Assembly (NCBI GenBank): GCA_001179505.1
Contig: CDMY01000217.1
Span: forward strand, 1-64,000
Source of the DNA: Vitrella brassicaformis CCMP3155
Taxonomy: Eukaryota > Protista > Chromerida
Direction: 5' to 3'
Length of the DNA: 64,000 nt
Below the pieces are notes generated by a model. The model did not search any database. It had not been told where the DNA came from and saw nothing but the letters and a program-made list of their open reading frames with translations. The translations under genes and the position numbers were made by a program. Within the stretch, counting starts at the first letter, position 1. The number at the start of each line of letters is the position of its first letter. Below are positions 31,938 to 45,546 of this stretch, in pieces.

Positions 31938-33486
31938 GTCTGTGTGTGTGTGTGTGGTTGGGTGCAGAGGAGCAGTCCTCTGCAGCCAAGCAGGCCTACG
32001 AGATGAAGTGCGCCATCCAGGTGGGTGACCCTTCTCCCCCAACACACACAGCCACACACTCCGCTATTGAATGGGTGTGTGTCAACGAACCAACAGGACC
32101 TGGCGCAGCGGCTGAAGGAGCGGGAGACGCAAAACACGGTGAGGTCGCTGACAACACCCACACCCACAGAGAGAGAGAGAGAGATGCAGACACATCACAC
32201 ATATGCCTTCTTTGCTGGCTCTCTCTCCGTGTCTCTTTATGTCTGTGTGGTTTGTGCAGCAACTGCGTGACGAGCTGCTGGCCTTGCGGGCCGAGCAGAG
32301 CCGAATGCGGGAGGAACAGATTCTCCAACACGTACACACGCCCCTCACACACACACAGCCACAGCCACACACAGCTTCCCAAGTCTGTCTGTGTGTGTGT
32401 ATGTATGTGTGTGGGTGTTGTCATTCACAGCAAGAGCCGCGGCAACCACCAGCAGCAGCAGCAGCAGCAGGAGGGGAGCGCTCTCCCTCTGCGAGCGACA
32501 CGTCTATCGACCAACAGGTGAGGCACACACACACACACACACACAGAGATAGGGACACAGAGAGAGAGGGAGAGACGACGAACGTCAACACATCCCTCCA
32601 TCGCGTCATGATGGGTGGATGCGTCGCATTGCAGGCAGTCGGCCCCTCTGACTTGAGCGACATGGACATCAGTGTGCAGGAGGTATGTGCCCCCCCACCC
32701 CAACACACACACAGACACAGAGAGAGATAGAGAGATGTGTGTGCCTGTAGAGCCTGTCCGGTGGCGAGGAGAGAGAGAGGAGTCAGAGGGAGAGGGAGGA
32801 GCCGCTGTCGCCGTCGCCAGCTGCACTCGCACCACCACCACCGCCACCACCACCGCCACCCACTGACTCTGTCGAAGCTGCAGTAGCCCCCCCACTCACA
32901 GAGAGAGGGAGAGAGAGGGAGAGGGAGGGGGGTCTGTGCGTCTGTGTGTCTGTGTGTCAGCTGCGTCTCGAGCTGGATGAGCTCAAGATCGAGAAGGCCA
33001 TCAGCGAACGGAGAGCAAGGCAAGCCACACACCCTCCCTCCCTCCGTCCATCGCTCTCGCGCTCTCTCTCTCTCTCTGTGTGTGTGTGTTGGGTGCTGCA
33101 GGCAGGAGCTGAAAGAGATGAAGGCGCTGCTCAAGACGGAGAGGGACCTCAAGAACAGAGTAACCTCTCACACACACGCACTCAGAGAGAGAGCACCCAA
33201 CTGCCGACAAACAGATCAACAGACACACACCATCCCTCCGCCGCCCATTTCTCTATCTCTCTCTCTCTCTGCAGGCCGACCGCGAGTGCCAGCGTCTGTT
33301 GGCGCAGGCGATGGACAGCCAGCTGCACTTCCAGTTCACCGACGAAGACATCGACGAGGATGAAGATGCAGCGGCACACGGGGAGAGGGGAAATGGCACA
33401 CACGCAGAGAAACGGTGCGCACACACAGAGAGAGAGAAAGAGACAGACACAGAGATATTCGCGACGAAGAGCCCATCCCTCTCTCC

Positions 33487-33523
<37 letters not shown>

Positions 33524-34619
33524 TGTGTAGGGACGAGCGCCCAGACCACCGCGACCACCACACTGCCGGCGAGCCGTCATCAAGCAGCAGCAGCAGCAGC
33601 AGCACACAAGGGGCGAGTGCCTTCCAGATCACCAAACTGCAGAAACTGCAAAAGGTGCTCATTACATCAAGACAGACACCCCCCACTCTCTCTCTCTCTC
33701 CGTGTGTGTGTGTATGTGTGTGTGTGGTTGGTGTGTAGGAGAAAGAGATTCTGCGGACCCGTGTTGCGGAGCTGGAGAGCCTCACAAACGGTGAGAGAGT
33801 GAGTGTCTCTGCGCGCATCCCTCTTATGTCTTGTGTATTGTCCGCAGGGCTTATGGACGACCTGGCAAAGCTGCAGGACAGCGAAAATGCCCTCAAGGTC
33901 GACCTGTTTCTCACCCACTCCGCCCACACCCACACCCACACACATCCCTCCCTCATTTCTCTCTGTCTCTCTCTCCCTCTGTCTGTCTCTGTGTGTGCAG
34001 ATGGACCTCAAGGGCAAGAGCGAGATCATCGCACACCTCCTCAAGAAATACGCCCTCGCACACGAAGGCAAGACAGCCCCACGCCCCTCCACCACACCCC
34101 TTTCCCCCAACACACACCTGTCTGTCTGTCTGTCTGTCGCACGCGCAGAGAGCTTTCGCGCGCCGCCCACCAGTGGGCGCAACATCGGCAGCCTGTTCAA
34201 CCGAAACAAGGTACCCACACCCACACACACACAGACACACATACAGAGAGAGAGAGAGAGATATAGAAGGTGCCTCTCTCTCCCCCCCCCCCCTCTCTCT
34301 CTGTGTGTCGATGGATCAGGGCGCGTATCGCTCCCTGAAGCCGGCAGAGATGGAGCGCATCATGGAGGAGACCCTCCTCGACAACATACGGCTGCGGACA
34401 GACCTCCAAACCATTGGCGACGAGTTCAGGTCGGCACGGGTGCGTTGTTTGTGTGGGTGGATGTGTGTGTGGCGGGGGCATTCCTGTCCTGTGAATGGGT
34501 GGTTTAGGCGTCAGCTGGGCCATGGGCATCACCATCTGATGCCGTCAAGCTCATCAGCAGCGCCCCCTCCCCCTCCCCCACCACCGCCACCTCTCTCAGT
34601 GGCAACCACACACACGTAG
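29477..34619 (+). CDS. Long coiled-coil protein, GRIPAP1 (GRASP-1)-like; many exons
   Basis: N-terminal ISLDEFRRLQQQLLELK..NYALEE and C-terminal KSEIIAHLL...MERIMEETLLDNIRLRTDLQTIGDEF resemble the conserved termini of GRIPAP1. E/Q/K-rich heptads lie between. Confidence 0.65.
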
Positions 34620-35387
34620 GCACCCAATAGACACACACACACACACACACACATCGACGGATCCCTCTCCCTCTCTCTCTCTCTGTGTGCGTCTGTGTGT
34701 GTGGGATTCAGGGGTGACCACCATGACCACATTGATTCTGAGACGCCCCTTCACGAGGAAACGGTGCTGTTTGACGCCCAGCACAGCCACACCCACCCCC
34801 ACACACCAGCAGCCACAACACCCAACGCAGCCGCAGCCACAGAGAGGGGGGAGGGGGATGGGGAGGGGGAGGGGGAGGGGGACGACCGAGAGCAAGATGG
34901 AGAGCTCAGCTAGATGGGCGTGTGTGTCTGTGTGTCTGTCTGTCTGTCTGTCTGTGGTGTGTTTGTCGGTTGCGGGCACCACCATTTGTGTGTGCGCGTC
35001 TGTCTGTCTGTATGTGTGTATGTGTGTGTGTGTGTGAGGTGGGTAAGAGGTGACCCTTGCTGTCTGGGAGTGTGTGTTGTACTCTTGTTAGCTGGTGTGA
35101 TGTGTGAGTATCCAAACACGGAGATCTCGCCATTTGATTGATGCTGAGGCGTGTCATAAGTCAGTCACACCCCTTACACACACACGCACGCACACACGCA
35201 CAGTCCACCACCCACCCACACACAGACACAGGGAGAAAGAAGCATACATCACATCAATATACAACACAGCCCGCCGCCCTCCAACCGCTGCACAACAACA
35301 CCCATCCACCACACCCACCACACACTGTCTGGCCAACCGGCTGTTTATCAGATACAGACGAGAGATGATCCCTTCTTTCCCACCCAG

Positions 35388-35707
35388 CTAAGGAATCGGC
35401 TGCTGCGTGCTGTACGCCGGCGAATGCGAATTCTCGGCAGCCAACGTGCCCTTCACCATGTACTCGCTGTCACACACACACACACACACTGCCTGATGTG
35501 ATTGACTGATACATGGGTCAATCAGTGTGCTGATGCCCACCTGTGAGCCGTCTGGCTGCCGGCGTCGCCGATCTGGGTGAGAGGGCCCTGGGTCTCTACC
35601 GGCAGGCTGCCGCCACACACACACACACACACGAGAGAGAGAGAGAGAGAATGGGCCATCCATCCACGCGCATTGGGGGGGATTGGGGGCTACTGCATGT
35701 GCTGTCA

Positions 35708-35741
<34 letters not shown>

Positions 35742-36571
35742 GCTGACATGTATACCTCTTTGGGAAGAGCCACTCGTTGATGGCGAGATACAGTGAGTAG
35801 ACGCCGAACAGAAAGATCAGCGGCACATGCCCAATCGACACCGAGTGGAGTGTCCTGACCACACCACACACACACAGAGTCACCACAGCACAACACGACA
35901 GACACCCCAAGAAACACACAGCGTCGCGTCCACGAGATCTTCCCTGCCTCCCTCCCTCTCGCTGCCCCTCTCTCTGTCTATCGTACTCGTGTTGTTGGTA
36001 CGCGCCAAAGCCGGGGAACTCCACCGCCACGCTCACAGCCACCACTATCATCAACACAAACTGAACCAACCCATGGACACGTCATGGATGGCGGATTGCG
36101 GCCATTTTCAGGGGAGAGCCTCACTCACCTGCACCAGGGCGTTGAGGAGGAAGGTGGCGACCTGCACAAAACACACACACACACACACAGGGAGAGAGCG
36201 TCAGCACCCAAACAGGCACTTACGCGGCAGTCGCAGTGCGTGTAGATGCCCGCCAGCAGAGCCATTGTCGTCAGCAACGCACCCTGCACCCATCCATCCA
36301 TCCCTCGTCATCTTCCATATGCCTTTGACCACGAACCGACCGAGAAGTTGGCGAATATGAAGTTGATGTAGACAAACACGCCCTGCGCCCCTAGCAGCCC
36401 CACAAACAGCTCACGCGTCCACCCCCTTTTCATGCCCTTCCCTCCCCCTCCGCCATTGCCGCCGCCCTCTCCCTGTTCAGTGGTGCCGGGCTGGGTCTGC
36501 TGTTTGGAGTACTGGCTCACGCCCACGAGCGCTTCGTCCGCTGGGTGGTGGAGCTTGCTGCTGTCCATCAT
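35388..36571 (-). CDS. Hypothetical multi-pass membrane protein
   Basis: Hydrophobic exons ELFVGLLGAQGVFVYINFIFANF, GALLTTMALLAGIY, VATFLLNALVQ, FVLMIVVAVSVAVEF and VPLIFLFGVYSLYLAINEWLF are joined by GT-AG introns. Confidence 0.55.
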
Positions 36572-36916
36572 CTATGCCGAAATCGCGGCGGAAGGAAAAG
36601 GGTTCAGGGTTTGGGAACCCTACGACAATGGGCAAGGTGGCTGAACTTTCCAAGAAGTTTTAGCGGCGAGATCTGCAACGAGAGCAGCCGAGAGGCAGAG
36701 ATTCTCTCTGATATCTCCTCCCTGGTGTGCTGCGCTGCTGCTGGTGGAGTCTCCCGTCCGGTTGGGACGCTTTCGGCCCGAATGTCCGCTTGGGATCTAT
36801 CAACTATTCGGTGATATGTCCTCTCGTCTGTTCCTTCACCTCTCTGACCTCATCTGCCGGCTGCCTCGTTGACCCGACCAAACAAGATTCCCTGTCGTCC
36901 TTCTGTTCCCGACGCG

Positions 36917-38471
36917 ATGGTGCGGAGTGCTGTTTTCATGATGCTTCTCGCTGTGGCGTCGACCTGTGTCGCCACGGAGGCAAGACCCGCACAACAGGTG
37001 AGTGCACACACCCATGACCCGTATACGACCCATTCACTCATTCGCTTTGGTGAAAATGGCTGACTCGTGTGTTCAGGCCCATTTTCGTGGCCTGCAGGTG
37101 TCCCCGCCTGGCAACACGTCCCTGTGTGTGTCCGAGTATAAGGCGCTGCTCGGCCTGCTGGGGGGCAATGAGACCACACCGCTCACCTCACTCTACCGGT
37201 ACGCACACACATCATGCCATGACTCCAACAGCTGGCAGATGGCTCTCCGTCTGTGTGTGTGTGTGTGTGTGGCGTAGGACGTCTGTGGACGGCACCACTT
37301 ACGATGACCTGCTGGACAGTGTGGGCGTCGCAGAGCCTCTCGTGTTTGTCATCAGAAAGGACAAGTACGTCTTCGGCGCCTTCATCAACTGTGGTCTGGA
37401 GCTGCCCGACAACCCGACCGGCTGGCACGAGTACAGCTGTGACCTGTGGTATTTCTCGCTGGCCGGGCACTTCCCCCAGCCGACCAAGATCGAGTTCGGC
37501 GAATACAATCAGCATTTGTCGGTGGCGGGGAGGGAGGGGAGTGTGTATGGTGCGAATGTGGAGATTGGCTGGTGGCTGCGACTGGGTGAGAGGAGCCCTG
37601 ACGAGCCAGCTGCTGACATCCGCAACTGCCATCAGCTCACCCACAGGTCCCCCCTTCCCGCGGGCTATACAGGGGCGAGGGACAGCAATGGCCATGCAGT
37701 GCTGGGTGGGTCGAGGATTTTCCACGGTGATGAGATAGAGGTGCTGTATGTAGATGGATATTACGGTGGCGGTCGAATGCAGTATGTGACCCCGCCTAAC
37801 GGCACATCGTTGTCCGCGTCAGAGTATAAGGCGCTGCTCGGCCTGCTGAGGGGCAATGAGACCACACCGCTCACCTCACTCTACCGGTAGACACACATCA
37901 TGCCAACAGCTGGGATCGTGACAGCTATGGGCAGAGAGAGAGAGATCTGTGTGTGTGTGTGTGTGAGAGAGTGTGTTGTAGGACGTCTGTGAACGGCACC
38001 ACTTACGATGACCTGCTGGACAGTGTGTGCGACGTGTTTGTAATCAGAAAGGACAAGTACGTCTTCGGCGCCTTCATCAATTGCGGTCTGGAGCTGCCCG
38101 ACGATCCGACCAGCTGGCACTGGTACGACTGTGACCTGTGGTATTTCTCGCTGGCCGGCCACTTCGCCAGGCCGACCAAGATAGAGATCTATGGAGAGAT
38201 GCAGCGGGTGTTAGTGGCGGGGAGAGAGGGGAGTGTGTGGAGTGCGAATAAGTACATCGTGTCCATCGGTGGGTTCCTGTTGTTGGGTGACGATGAGGAC
38301 AGTGACCAGCCGGCTGCCGACATCCGCAGCTGCCGTCAATACAACTGGAGGTGGCATGTGCCTGCGGGCTATACAGGGGCGAGGGACAGCAATGGCTGGG
38401 CAGTGCTGGGTGGGTCAAAGTATTTCCATGCGGATGAGATAGAGGTGCTGCACGTAGTTGACGGGCAGTAG
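36917..38471 (+). CDS. Signal peptide plus two tandem TLDc domains
   Basis: Exon 1 reads MVRSAVFMMLLAVASTCVATEARPAQQ. Two copies follow of LYR|TSV.GTTYDDLLDSV...VFVIRKDKYVFGAFINCG...WYFSLAGHF...LGGS..FH.DEIEVL (TLDc motifs). Stop at 38469-38471. Confidence 0.85.
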
Positions 38472-38499
38472 GTGAGAGGGTGGTCGAGTCGGTGAGGCG

Positions 38500-41400
38500 G
38501 GGAGTCGTCTGGGCAAATATGATTTGCTTCTTTATTCAAGCCGCCACATGTGGTACGTCATGTGGTGTGTGTTGTGGTGTGTGTGTATATAATAGATGGA
38601 CTGGATGAAGATGGACGGCACCACAAAAGGGTATGCACATCCATTCTGTTTATCAGTCAATGGACTCACTCACTACAGTCACCCACTCACTGTGCGGTGT
38701 CTGGGCTGCCGTCTGTCTGTTGCCATGCGGTGATGGTTGTTGGCGAGAGTGTGTTGATCTCTGGTCGGTGCATCTGTCACACACGGCCGGCTCACAGACA
38801 GACAGGAGGACCAGCACAGTCACACACACACACACACGTTGGCCTGCCTGTCTCATTGTTGTGTGTGTGTGGGACAGAGAGAGAGGCCGATGTGTTTTTC
38901 CGTTCACTCGCCTGGGCGAGTGTGTTCTGTCTGACATGGGTGTCTGTATAATGGTGTGTCCATCGTGTCTGTGGTACTCTGTGTTATTTTCCTGCATGCG
39001 TGTGTGTCCACCCTCTCCCTCTGTGGGCATCTTGACGATTGATCCGAGGCAACTTGACGATCTGATCAATCGACTGACTGACTCAGACACATGCTTATCC
39101 ATGGAAAGAGTTGACCTCACGGCCGTCACCCGCGGCACACACCGGCAGACACACTAAAAGAGATATGGCCGGCAGGTGAGTCAGCTGGGCAGCCAAACAC
39201 ACTCACACATCGGCCGCAGCATCACATCAAAATCGGCCGGCAGCGGACCGGATCGCACCACATGCACTCACACTCACACCCACACCCACACCCACAGGCA
39301 GCCAGCCATTCGGTCACAGAGCAGCAGCAGCTGGTCCACACAGTGAGCGGTGGGCGATGTGTGCTGAAGAACAAACCGATCGGCGACAGAGATGAATGAC
39401 GACAGCCAGCACCCAACTTGAGATGCCCTCCTGACAACACACACACACACACACACACAGAGGGCAGGGCGGCACTCAGCCACATGGCGACAGAGGGGAT
39501 GCATCGCTGCGCACCCACCAGTGCGTGTTGGCTGATGGATCGGTCAGCCGTCACTCCATCGAGGCCGTCCACGCGACAGAGAGATAGAGAGTCAGTTCCG
39601 ACTCATCGGCCGATCTCACAGCGGCAGCCGCTCGGCCGTCGTCTGGCTTTGTTCCAGCGAGTGAATCAGCACACCAACCACACCTGACACACACACACAG
39701 ACGTCATCGGCCGCCCCTCTCTGTCCGTCTGTGTGTCCCTCCCTCTCTGTGTGTCCGTCTGTGTGTCCCTCCCTCTCTGTGTGTCTGTCGGTGTACCATT
39801 GCTCGCAGACACCAAAGCCCATCATCAGACCGCCGCACACCGCCGCATAATGAGCTCTCGTGTTGTCCGGCTGACGTCCGTCAGTCGACGACCGACACCC
39901 ACACGCAAAAGGGCCACGAGAGAGAAACAAAGGGAGATACAGAGAGAGAGATGTCAGCTAAGGCCAGGCAGTCAGTACTTATTGGGCAGCGGGGGTCGGC
40001 TCATCGGCCGATCTCTCTCCCTTCAGCACACATCATCGCCACCACTCAGTCACACAGACAGACACACATGACTCACAGCCGAGTGCCCCATGACTGACAC
40101 CAACAGGCAGCCAAACAGCGGAACGAATGGCGGGCACACCAAAAAAACGAGACTGACCTTCCTCTCTCTCACTCTCTCTGTGTGCCGTCCCATATCTCTC
40201 CCTCTCTCTCCTTCCCACGCAGACTGCGTCAATCCGTCAACACGAGTGGGTGTACAAGTACGACACACAGACAGACGGATGGCAAGAAGACACATCCGCT
40301 GCCTCATGAGCCAGGCAAACAGACAGATCTCTCTCTCTTCTCTCTGTGAGCGTGTGTGTGCGCTACCAACACCACTGCCTCATTTGGTGGGATGGTTAAG
40401 CAGTCGTGTGTGTGTCCATTCCCTCGCTCGCCCCCCTGTGCGCATCTCTGTCACCGCCCGGCAACCCTAATGCACCAACACCCTTCATGGGCTGACGCTC
40501 TTGCATTGCCGACTCCTACGAGATGCCCACAGAGAGAGGGGAGGAGGACACACACGCAAAGAAAACCATACACAGCTGGCAAAACCAAAACGGTCTCTCT
40601 CACTCAGGCAGATCAGTGTGTATGTGTGTCGGCCTGTCTGTCTGTGAGCCGGCCGTGTGTGACGGATGCATCGACGAGAGATCAACACTCTCGCGAGCAA
40701 CCGTCACTCAAGACCATACTACAGACAGACGGCAGCCGCCACCCCACACAGCGATCCCTTTGTGCAGCCAGCCAGCCAATCCTCCCTCTCTGTCTGTCTG
40801 TCATCTCTCCCCCGCCCCCCACTCACCAGCCGACACACTCATGGCAGCTGACGGCTGAGAGGTGGGAGGTGGTGGAATGACAATGGCAGCCAGACCGACC
40901 GACACGCGAAGCCCCACAACACAACACAGTGAGATCGACGCACATACGACCAAAAGGCGACATCGTGAGAGATTCAGTTCAGTTCAGTCAGCCCGTCCGT
41001 CGGCTCATCAGCCGATCTCTCTCCCTTCAGCACACATCATCGCCATCAGCGCGTCGAAGCCATCAGAGAGCCACTCAGACAGCCACACCGCACTCTGTGG
41101 ACAGACAGACAGACAGACAGACATTTGTGTGTGTGAGTCCTGCCTGTGTCCCAATGTGTGTGTGTGCCCATCTCTCTCTGCGTACCAGTTGGTCGAGTGC
41201 AGTGTTGTCGCCAGGCACCGCCGCCCCGCCCCGCCACACGACATCTGCAGCCCACCACACACACAGACAGATGACAACCACCACCACCACCGCCCGTCAT
41301 CACAGCGCCATGCATCACCTCGGCGTGTCACTCACCCCGTCGTGTGTGTCAGTCGCCCCGTGTGTGTATTCTTCGGTGAGAGCGCCCGAGAACAGAGAAC

Positions 41401-41500
41401 CGGAGGGAGGGAGAGAGGAAGGGGTGAGGGCAGATGACAGATCTCGTGCAGTGGGCCGTCAGGAGGGCTGACAACGGGCCGACAAGGGGCGGGGCAGGGC
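38500..41500. repeat. Composite spacer of shuffled repeat modules and microsatellites; related blocks at 43100-44500 and 46100-49800
   Basis: Modules recur: gatggacggcaccacaa (~38610, 43270, 46270), gagccggccgtgtgtgacggatgcatcgacgagagatcaac (~40645, 47330, 48685; a diverged inverted copy at ~38750-38800) and catcggccgatctcacagcggcagccgctcggcc (~39605, 47710). Confidence 0.8.
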
Positions 41501-42205
41501 GGCCAGAGGGTTCGAGGGGTCAAGGGTGGGGTTTTCTACCCTGAACCCCACGAGCTGTGGGCCACCAGACCCCCAGCCTTTGCCGCATTCTTTTCGCTGT
41601 TTGTCTCTTCTGTCGTGTCAATGGTCTCACTGCGGAGCGGTCAATGTGATGAAAAAAGAAAATCAATTTGCGGAAGTCGGTGATCGAGTGACGATCGAAT
41701 TGCCGTTTTTCTCGAAGCTCACACATTCATTTGGCCTTTTCGGTGCACGAGATTGTCCAGTGAGAGTCCAGAGGACCATCCAGTGAGAGAACGGAGGGCT
41801 GAGAGAGGAAAAGCTTGTTCCTCCAACTCGCACCGCCCTTCTCTCTGCCCTCCACACACACAAGATGGCGAGTCGGCGGGAGCGTCAATGGGGAGAGCTT
41901 TACAAGAAGTCTGAGTGGAGAGATCTGCAATTCCCGAGCGATGAGCCCCGAGAGGGAGAGAGTCTCTCTGATCTATTCTCCCTGATCTCACTCACTGCTG
42001 TCTTGTTCATCATCGAGGTATCACAACACGCACCGCTTTCTTTTGTGCAGCTTCGGTCAGTGGACCTTAGCAACTGAGGGCAGCCGCTGCTTCCTATCTG
42101 CGCTCACGCTGCCTCCCCGTGGCATTTGCGGTGAGAGCTTAAGGGGGCTGGGCTCTCGAACAGTTTCAGCGCACCCAGCTAGGTGGAAGGGTTGTCGTCC
42201 AGGCG

Positions 42206-42485
42206 ATGGCACAGCTCTCCACGTGTGCTGCGCTGCTGATGATGACTGTCAGCTTGACGTGTGTTGGCGCAGAGGGACAGCAGGTGCACCACACACGGAG
42301 GCCATCAATCCATTCCTTCGATACTCTGGTGTGCATGGCTGTCTTGTGTGTCCAGGTCCGTCTGCGTCGTGTGCAGGTGTCCCCTCCTGGCGGCACGTCG
42401 CTGTCTGCCGCAGAGTATGAGGGGCTGCTCGACTTGATGGGCAATGACAATGGCACAAAACTCAACTCACTGTACCGGTAGGCAA

Positions 42486-42529
<44 letters not shown>

Positions 42530-43051
42530 GTGTGTGTGTGTGTGTGGCGTAGGACGTCGGTGCACGGCACCACTTACGGTGACCTGCTGGACAGTGTGGG
42601 CGACGCAGAGCCTCTCGTGTTTGTAATCAGAAAGGGCAAGTACGTCTTCGGCGTCTTCATCAATTGTGGTCTGGAGCTGCCCGACGACCCGACCGACTGG
42701 CATAAGTACGACTGTGACCTGTGGTGGTTCTCGCTGGCCGGCCACTTCCCCGAGCCGACCAAGATCGACATCGACCGAGGGGATCAGTGGGTGGCGGTGG
42801 CGGGGAGGCAGCGGGGTGCGAGGGGTGCGGGTGTGAGGATCGGGTGGTGGCTGTCGTTGGGTCTAGGCCACGGTGACAGTGACCGGCCGGCTGCCGACAT
42901 CCGCAGCTGCATGCAAATCACCGGTAGCCGCATGGTGCCTGAGGGCTATACGGGGGAGTGGGATGAGTATGGCGACGCAGTGCTAGGCGGGTCGGACTTC
43001 TTTCATGCCGATGAGATAGAGGTGCTTCACGTGATGGGGAATAGTCGGTGA
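42206..43051 (+). CDS. Signal peptide plus single TLDc domain (3 exons)
   Basis: MAQLSTCAALLMMTVSLTCVGAEGQQ|VRLRRVQVSPPGG...LNSLYR|TSVHG...LGGSDFFHADEIEVLHVMGNSR*. Second intron at 42478-42552. Confidence 0.88.
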
Positions 43052-45213
43052 GGAAGGGGGCATGTTTCGATTTGGCGTGCGATGAGATGAGTGCTTTATG
43101 GAGGTTCGATTGGCTTTTGTATGCCTCACATAAACACACCTAGTGCATGGCTGCATGTGGTGTAGCAGAGGGGATTAGACGATTGGGGGGGATTTGCAGT
43201 TACTTCTTTGTTCAAGTCGCCGCATTTGGTGTGTGGCCTACATAGTGGGATGGACTGACTGGCTGAATGGATGGACGGCACCACAAGAGGGTGTGCACAT
43301 CCATCCTCTGTTTGTCCATCAGTGGACTGGCCATGCAAAGCTTATCACATCTGTGTGTCGATGTCTTGCCCACCCGTCCCTTATCGAACACGTTCACTCA
43401 TTCACTCAACCATACAACACACCACACACACATCCATCTGTGTGTGTGTGTGTGTCTGTCAGCCGCTCGACGGCCACCGCACACAGAGAGCGATGATCAT
43501 CACAGAAGACAACAACACACACATCCATCTCTGTGAGTCTCATCTGATTGTCTGTGTGCTCACTGCCCACATCAGTCAGCGCCCCTCAACGCAGCGGACA
43601 TGGCAGCCACTCAGTCAATCAATCAAAGGCAACACACATCACCAGCAAGACACCCAACATGACACAGCGGCCGTCAGGTGGCTGAGGTGTCACACCAGAC
43701 AGACACAACCGATACCCTGACAGTGAGGAGGTCAGTCAACGAACAGCCTGGCCACTCCTGTGTGTGTGCGTGTGTGTGTGTTTCTGTGTCTGTCAGCCGC
43801 TCGATGGCCACCAAACACAGAGAGCGATGATCGACACTCAACGTGTAACTTGACCACCAAGCAGCCGACAGCCAGCACACCTACAAACGATGCACACGAC
43901 GGACAGACGAACCAAACCGACGTCTCTCTCTCTCTCTCTCTCTCCTTCCCACAGGCACATACACATCAGCAGCAATAGACAGACAGAGAGGCACACAGAA
44001 GCCATGCAGTGGGATGCGCACATCGGTCCATCCGCGAGTGGGCTGCCCACCAGCGCCATCGGCATGGCCTCCCCAACAGACATACAGACAGCACCTTCAC
44101 CGTCACCGAGTCACACCTGCACCCACACAGGCGACACAGACCGTTGTGTGTGTCCTCTCCTCCGTGTGCCCATCTCTCTGCGTACCAGTTGGTCGAGTGC
44201 AGTGTTGTCGCCAGGCACCGCCGCCCCGCACCGCCACACGACATCTGCAGCCCACCACACACACAGACAGATGACAACCACCACCACCACCGCCCGTCAT
44301 CACAGCGCCATGCATCACCTCAGCGTGTCACGCACCCGTCGTGTGCATCAGTCGCCCCGTGTGTGTGTTTTTCGGTGAGAGCGCCCGAGAACAGAGAACC
44401 GGAGGGAGGGAGAGAGGAAGGGGTGAGGGCAGATGACAGATCTCGTGCAGTGGGCCGTCAGGAGGGCTGACAACGGGCCGACAAGGGGCGGGGCAGGGCG
44501 GCCAGAGGGTTCGAGGGGTCAAGGGTAGGGTTTTCTACCCTGAACCCCACGAGCTGGGCCTTCTGTGGTGAGCTCGCATGAAAGGCCCCAGCAGACCCCC
44601 AGCCTTTGCCGCGTTTTTTTCGCCTGTTTGTCTCTTCCGTCGTGTCAATGGTCTCACTGCGGAGCGGTCAATGTGATGAAAAAAGAAAATTAATTTGCGG
44701 AAGTCGGTGATCGAGTGACGATCGAATTGCCGTTTTTCTCGAAGCTGACACATTCGTTTGGCCTTTTCGGTGCACGAGATTGTCCAGTGAGAGTCCAGAG
44801 GACCATCCAGTGAGAGAACGGAGGGCTGAGAGAGGAAAAGCTTGTTCCTCGAGCTCGCACCGCCCTTCTCTCTGCCCTCCACACACAAAGATGGCGAGTC
44901 GGCGGGAGCGTCAATGGGGAGAGCTTTACAAGAAGTCTGAGTGGAGAGATCTGCAACGAGAGCACCCGAGCGATGAGCCCCGAGAGGGAGAGAGTCTCTC
45001 TGATCTCCTCTCCCTGATCTCACCCACTGCTGTCTTGTTCCTCATCTGCATCGCCAGGTATCACAATACGCACCGCTTTCTTCTGTGCAGCTTCGGTCAG
45101 TGGACCTTAGCAACTGAGGCCTATCTGCGCTCACGCTGCCTCCCTGTGGCATTTGCGGCGAGAGCTTAAGGGGGCTGGGCTCTCGAACAGTTCGAGCGGA
45201 GACTCTCCACGCG

Positions 45214-45510
45214 ATGGCACAGCTCTCCACGTGTGCTGCGCTGCTGATGATGACTGTCAGCTTGACGTGTGTTGGCGCAGAGGGACAGCAGGTGCACCAC
45301 ACACGGAGGTCATCAATCCATTCCTTCGATACTCTGGTGTGCATGGCTGTCTTGTGTGTCCAGGTCCGTCTGCGTCGTGTGCAGGTGTCCCCTCCTGAGA
45401 ACACGTCGCTGTCTGCGTCAGAGTATGAGGCGCTGCTCGACTTGATGGGCAGTGACAATGGCACAGAACTCAACTCGCTGTACCGGTAGGCAATCACACA
45501 CACACACACG

Positions 45511-45546
<36 letters not shown>

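Noticed and set aside
36284-36322. GC-AG intron in the membrane-protein gene
   Set aside because: A canonical in-phase GT donor 18 nt upstream explains the junction equally well.
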